Source: Barthelona sp. PAP020
Lineage: Eukaryota
DNA length: 32,023 nucleotides
Assembly (NCBI GenBank): GCA_040182905.1
Contig: JARQWU010000104.1
Location: forward strand, 1 to 32,023
Direction of reading: 5' to 3'
Made by a program: the position numbers and the translations under genes. Positions 30,601 to 32,023 of this stretch are shown here, one piece after another (position 1 is the first letter of the stretch; every line of letters begins with the position of its first letter). The notes under the pieces are model-generated. The model did not search any database. It saw nothing but the letters and a program-made list of their open reading frames with translations, and had not been told where the DNA came from.

Positions 30601-30615
30601 CCAATTGTTGTTTAA
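24673..30615 (+). CDS. Multi-transmembrane calpain-like protein (TM region, linker, CysPc, C2L; DEK1-like architecture), probably catalytically inactive; 5' end uncertain
   Basis: The first ~850 aa contain roughly 20 hydrophobic segments. CysPc motifs occur in order: LFCDETF, GIFMLKYY…FDGYLPC, FALLEKACAKLLNSYHNL, GFWITFEQF. A beta-rich C-terminus (VFLP…FSLVVY) resembles calpain domain III. Confidence 0.8.
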   Translation: MVGLISLILLFYLNIFDCSLPFNNHLVKSGRKKQHVFYFLYTLQIVLSFQEFYQNSTTNYIIFENRIFNALIPFFGYQIFYLHCLILVTNNFSVNKTCNVFFFVGIILIQIYGIIGTIKHGYNMLFCLNLPNFLYLLNRVIYITFYQKISIPNLILEVFEPIKDNSRIEQAKFRAFLKILFFPYLMSVSMYMLRICCQPNMKGYDIIKVFGFHSLFFFCIGLQLFLFPWGKLLSFPAIIITILTFPSICLNCLFPDYSLMVTLQIVYLVYMSLMSIIMIFELNAVDKDNRFNEGFFEVNLINNTSKPPKCLIEMKENSKFKFLNSQFFFYYNSFFQFFVLEKIAKTIENENKGMDFGFFLIVVLLLTTFLSNIVNLTFRKFSFNDFSFLLDNKNSKNAVNFNMRMNDMNSDSNHLEILNIQQKFKKLVIYYLIYLLLSLCFPVGVFFVLIPIVDNISEVPLSHPLFLLTLLSNGLNFYFSCRHFYKFFQFFENSKNLLKIEASKPMKRIYNFVIKIGLNSSYVLFLSHFICVFIFSFKHLDINEMVVETGFTTTFLIYAFYTNVGMNRNSISRYDVILCIVFCSYLSVFFIYRAPTCSHYERLVFVFANVCWQIMFLRTVVKMVHFSKTLYTKNIIVICCVQGFLNICSYIHLFLFFEEEQGIYEMFARAKLLLTLLIFVLCFHFIYPFFCMNLALYSEKKKNINQLFVLYYLWLIALFCVFFFLLIVQFNHLLKLSVHDFINGILIFSFLFFLSLLAYQSGLLTGFANSEGNIYLNLTLKKIVVIFNNGEYNDLTLLINCSLLISIGGVLHNLYEFYLTPTNNVFILLIFLFYLYLAHYLNISENSHQIQLVKISKLISKQMIIGVFQKISKNYNLDSKVLQMYGFLIKDLKLTEKINNAEETPLIQHKKSNSSNSPSASNQSKPNVLDPSDNVLIKYGLSKSFSDSFTYEHIMSHYSFVDMDKTKEDFHEEKLCQIDEDLENEFNMSVSISLTSNSNNSNENDGESFENLKCYELDESFQHDISAKSDIENLITLCDNYLEDLNILLKYFAEHENIEVKRINFRGKNVSFGVISKNEQDYIVKRIIQEQYYFKEKRRDIISKIYMELYELCSVWEHFQNFHVFKWLNRKNHIDLKDERENSDLYGFFKSKKNFEEIKQKVSLELQMNDMNNANLSVYSAFQHYFMNRLETIKIFEDFSQHFSTIDLSKNISVNFGTFQTFQNIGNSKKNNIEKKKISNSPDHMNATQNYLTIFNSNKNKQEIEEKNGENETKLMMNFNKYSFIPVYNSKSDKKNKIKNWSIIYLKIKKLLENIGNCRKKLVFIKQKICILNNLDFKDIYMKYIDIELLIDHYFERSTQIHIIIEDIEVNKRAAKNNQSARLYFEEIERKLLSMNNLNREIENIKLFLKNKPTIQCDNLRRTTLLFLNHVKESIVHNRLFCDETFNDIDQIVFGKCCKKKNNERDCKGGLNIQQLQRKEKKEKNHSLSFNNEFIFFDNDEKVEEIEEEIKEIEEEKKEIDIEEITNASIEFSDLLNSAEINSFTLKNINELFPNKRGYSISLDFETKSPNIFFKQEDLYSKKIFLYDNPVFMLIVNLLQFSKMKVFWNDLFFRYDSQTGIFMLKYYEGFKTCYMLFDGYLPCLDDELLFIQPISNYSTGFTNNFSITNNNSKTTHKSKNKYLAFALLEKACAKLLNSYHNLHHLNNSQVYSLCMILFGFRGNLFNKIDLFTNPDCLRTCYQQVIQSCFNNFSVSIAQISIQNMKLIVLITNITEVIVEDIPIRYIHFISLNSIDQSVFNSMNVIFEEEIIYLERPTDNYGFWITFEQFIDIAISIFSCDILPYYFSNMFNGTFKGVVMEKNISKNLKNVKFPLFSWYKLCLAEFSHFINLEIHLNFILYNNDDDVILTFWKYDQNWNWSLIHDPIKVNDAVTGIHLKVSTLNDVVFLPITESQNTCNFSLVVYCDRAKILVEHHKPIVV

Positions 30616-31404
30616 TAAAATGAGAGACTTGTTTTTCACACACATATATAATAGTGTTGAATGAGTCTTGGGCTTATATGGTATTTAAACAGATACCATA
30701 ACACTACAATACTATACACATATATTTAGGTTAAGTGTATCACTTGACATCAAAATAGAATTGAGCAGAGATAAAAGTTTTATTGTTCAATTGAGATATC
30801 AGGTTCAAATTTGGAATGTTTTTCTGGCATGTTTAATCTTGTCCATCAAAAGCAAAAGGTTTCTCAATTGCTAATTACAAAAATAGACTTTTACAGTCTT
30901 CATCGTTCTCATCAAAAAAATTGAAAGTTTTAATAAATTTTAACGTTATTATTTGTTCAAATTAAAGCTTTTTACCATATATATGTATGAAATTAATTGT
31001 TTCATTGATATTGAATAGTGTTTGGTATCTGCTTCGCAAGAAATCAAGTTTAACGTTTGCTTTTCAAAAGAGTGCAGGATAGAATTGGAAAATTCTTCCC
31101 AAGTTTTCACACGCTGTTTTTCCTCTTGAAGGTTTTAGGAACAATATAGTAGAATTGTTTCTGTCCCTTTCTATTGTCAGTGCATAAATATGAGAAAATT
31201 ACTGAACCTTCTGAACCATTTAACTTGTACTGTATAAATAATGAGATGTAAATTTTGTTTTTAGGAAAAAAAATCAATTGTTTACGTGCAAAACAACAAA
31301 GTCTGTTCAAAAACAGCATAAAAATGAACTTATCAATGAAATGCAAATGTGTTTAAAATTTACATGTTGAAAACCTAAAAAGAGAGGTAGTAGTACGTTC
31401 TGCA

Positions 31405-31534
31405 ACCTGAAAGAACCGTCGGCCAATTCAAAAGCCATGTATATAATTGCGCCCATCAGCGAATTTGGAAAACTCCTGCTTGCATCACGAATAAGCCCAA
31501 AATCAGTGATTGTAGCTGTATAATCTGTGTGGAT
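31405..31534 (-). pseudogene. Relic of a protein kinase gene (subdomains VII-VIII)
   Basis: The minus strand from 31534 reads IHTDYTATITDFGLIRDASRSFPNSLMGAIIYMAFELADGSFR, with DFG at 31504-31496. A TAA lies immediately upstream, and no other kinase subdomains are in frame. Confidence 0.8.
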
Positions 31535-32023
31535 TTACTTTAAATATTTGACTTTTACTTATGTTCTATTTCAAAATACAACTACACATATTTATTTTTA
31601 ATTAAATGTAGTAAAAGATAAAGATTGTTAACTTTATATTGTTTCACGATTGAAACCAATTGGATTAAAACATGAATATTTTCATTATATTGACATAGTG
31701 CAATTGTTTTCAATTTGATTAATTGGTCCAGTTGTGAAACAACTATATTTATTTACAAAGAAAGAAAACTCAGAAAACTCATTTTAGCGAATTTCAGTCA
31801 AAATCCCAGGAGGGAAATTGAGGAACTGAAATGTAATTGGAACGATCAAGTATGAAAATTTTGGAAAAATTTCTTATTCCTATTTTTTTTTGAATTTTTG
31901 CAAAAGCAAAATTTTAAAGTTTAAACTTATTTCCAAGCCAAGAAGCACTGTGCGTATGAGTGAATAAGAAAGAATAGTGTTTATTTGGTTAAAGGCTTTC
32001 GAGGCCCGATTGATCTGTTGAAA

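Noticed and set aside
31107..31346. 79-aa minus-strand ORF
   Set aside because: TTG start, not in the kinase-relic frame, and no recognisable domain.

Overview
AT-rich, gene-dense eukaryotic DNA from a ciliated or flagellated protist. The genes appear intron-free and use the standard code: TAA, TAG and TGA all end ORFs. The window is not prokaryotic, and I saw no CRISPR array, rRNA or tRNA. In order it holds: (1) a 3129-aa type I membrane surface protein; (2) a minus-strand gene split by one +1 frameshift near 12456, which if joined encodes an MLKL/HeLo-like helical N-terminus, a TKL-type kinase and about 10 ankyrin repeats, two of them a very recent 102-nt duplication; (3) IFT121/WDR35 head-to-head with an LRRC74-like gene across only 66 bp; (4) HID1; (5) WDR27; (6) a DEK1-like multi-transmembrane calpain with a degenerate catalytic triad; and (7) a small relic of a related kinase missed by the ORF track. 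The best candidate for a new system is the helical-domain/kinase/ankyrin locus, which resembles a fast-evolving single-chain immune or cell-death receptor. All family assignments come from motif recognition by eye, not database searches.
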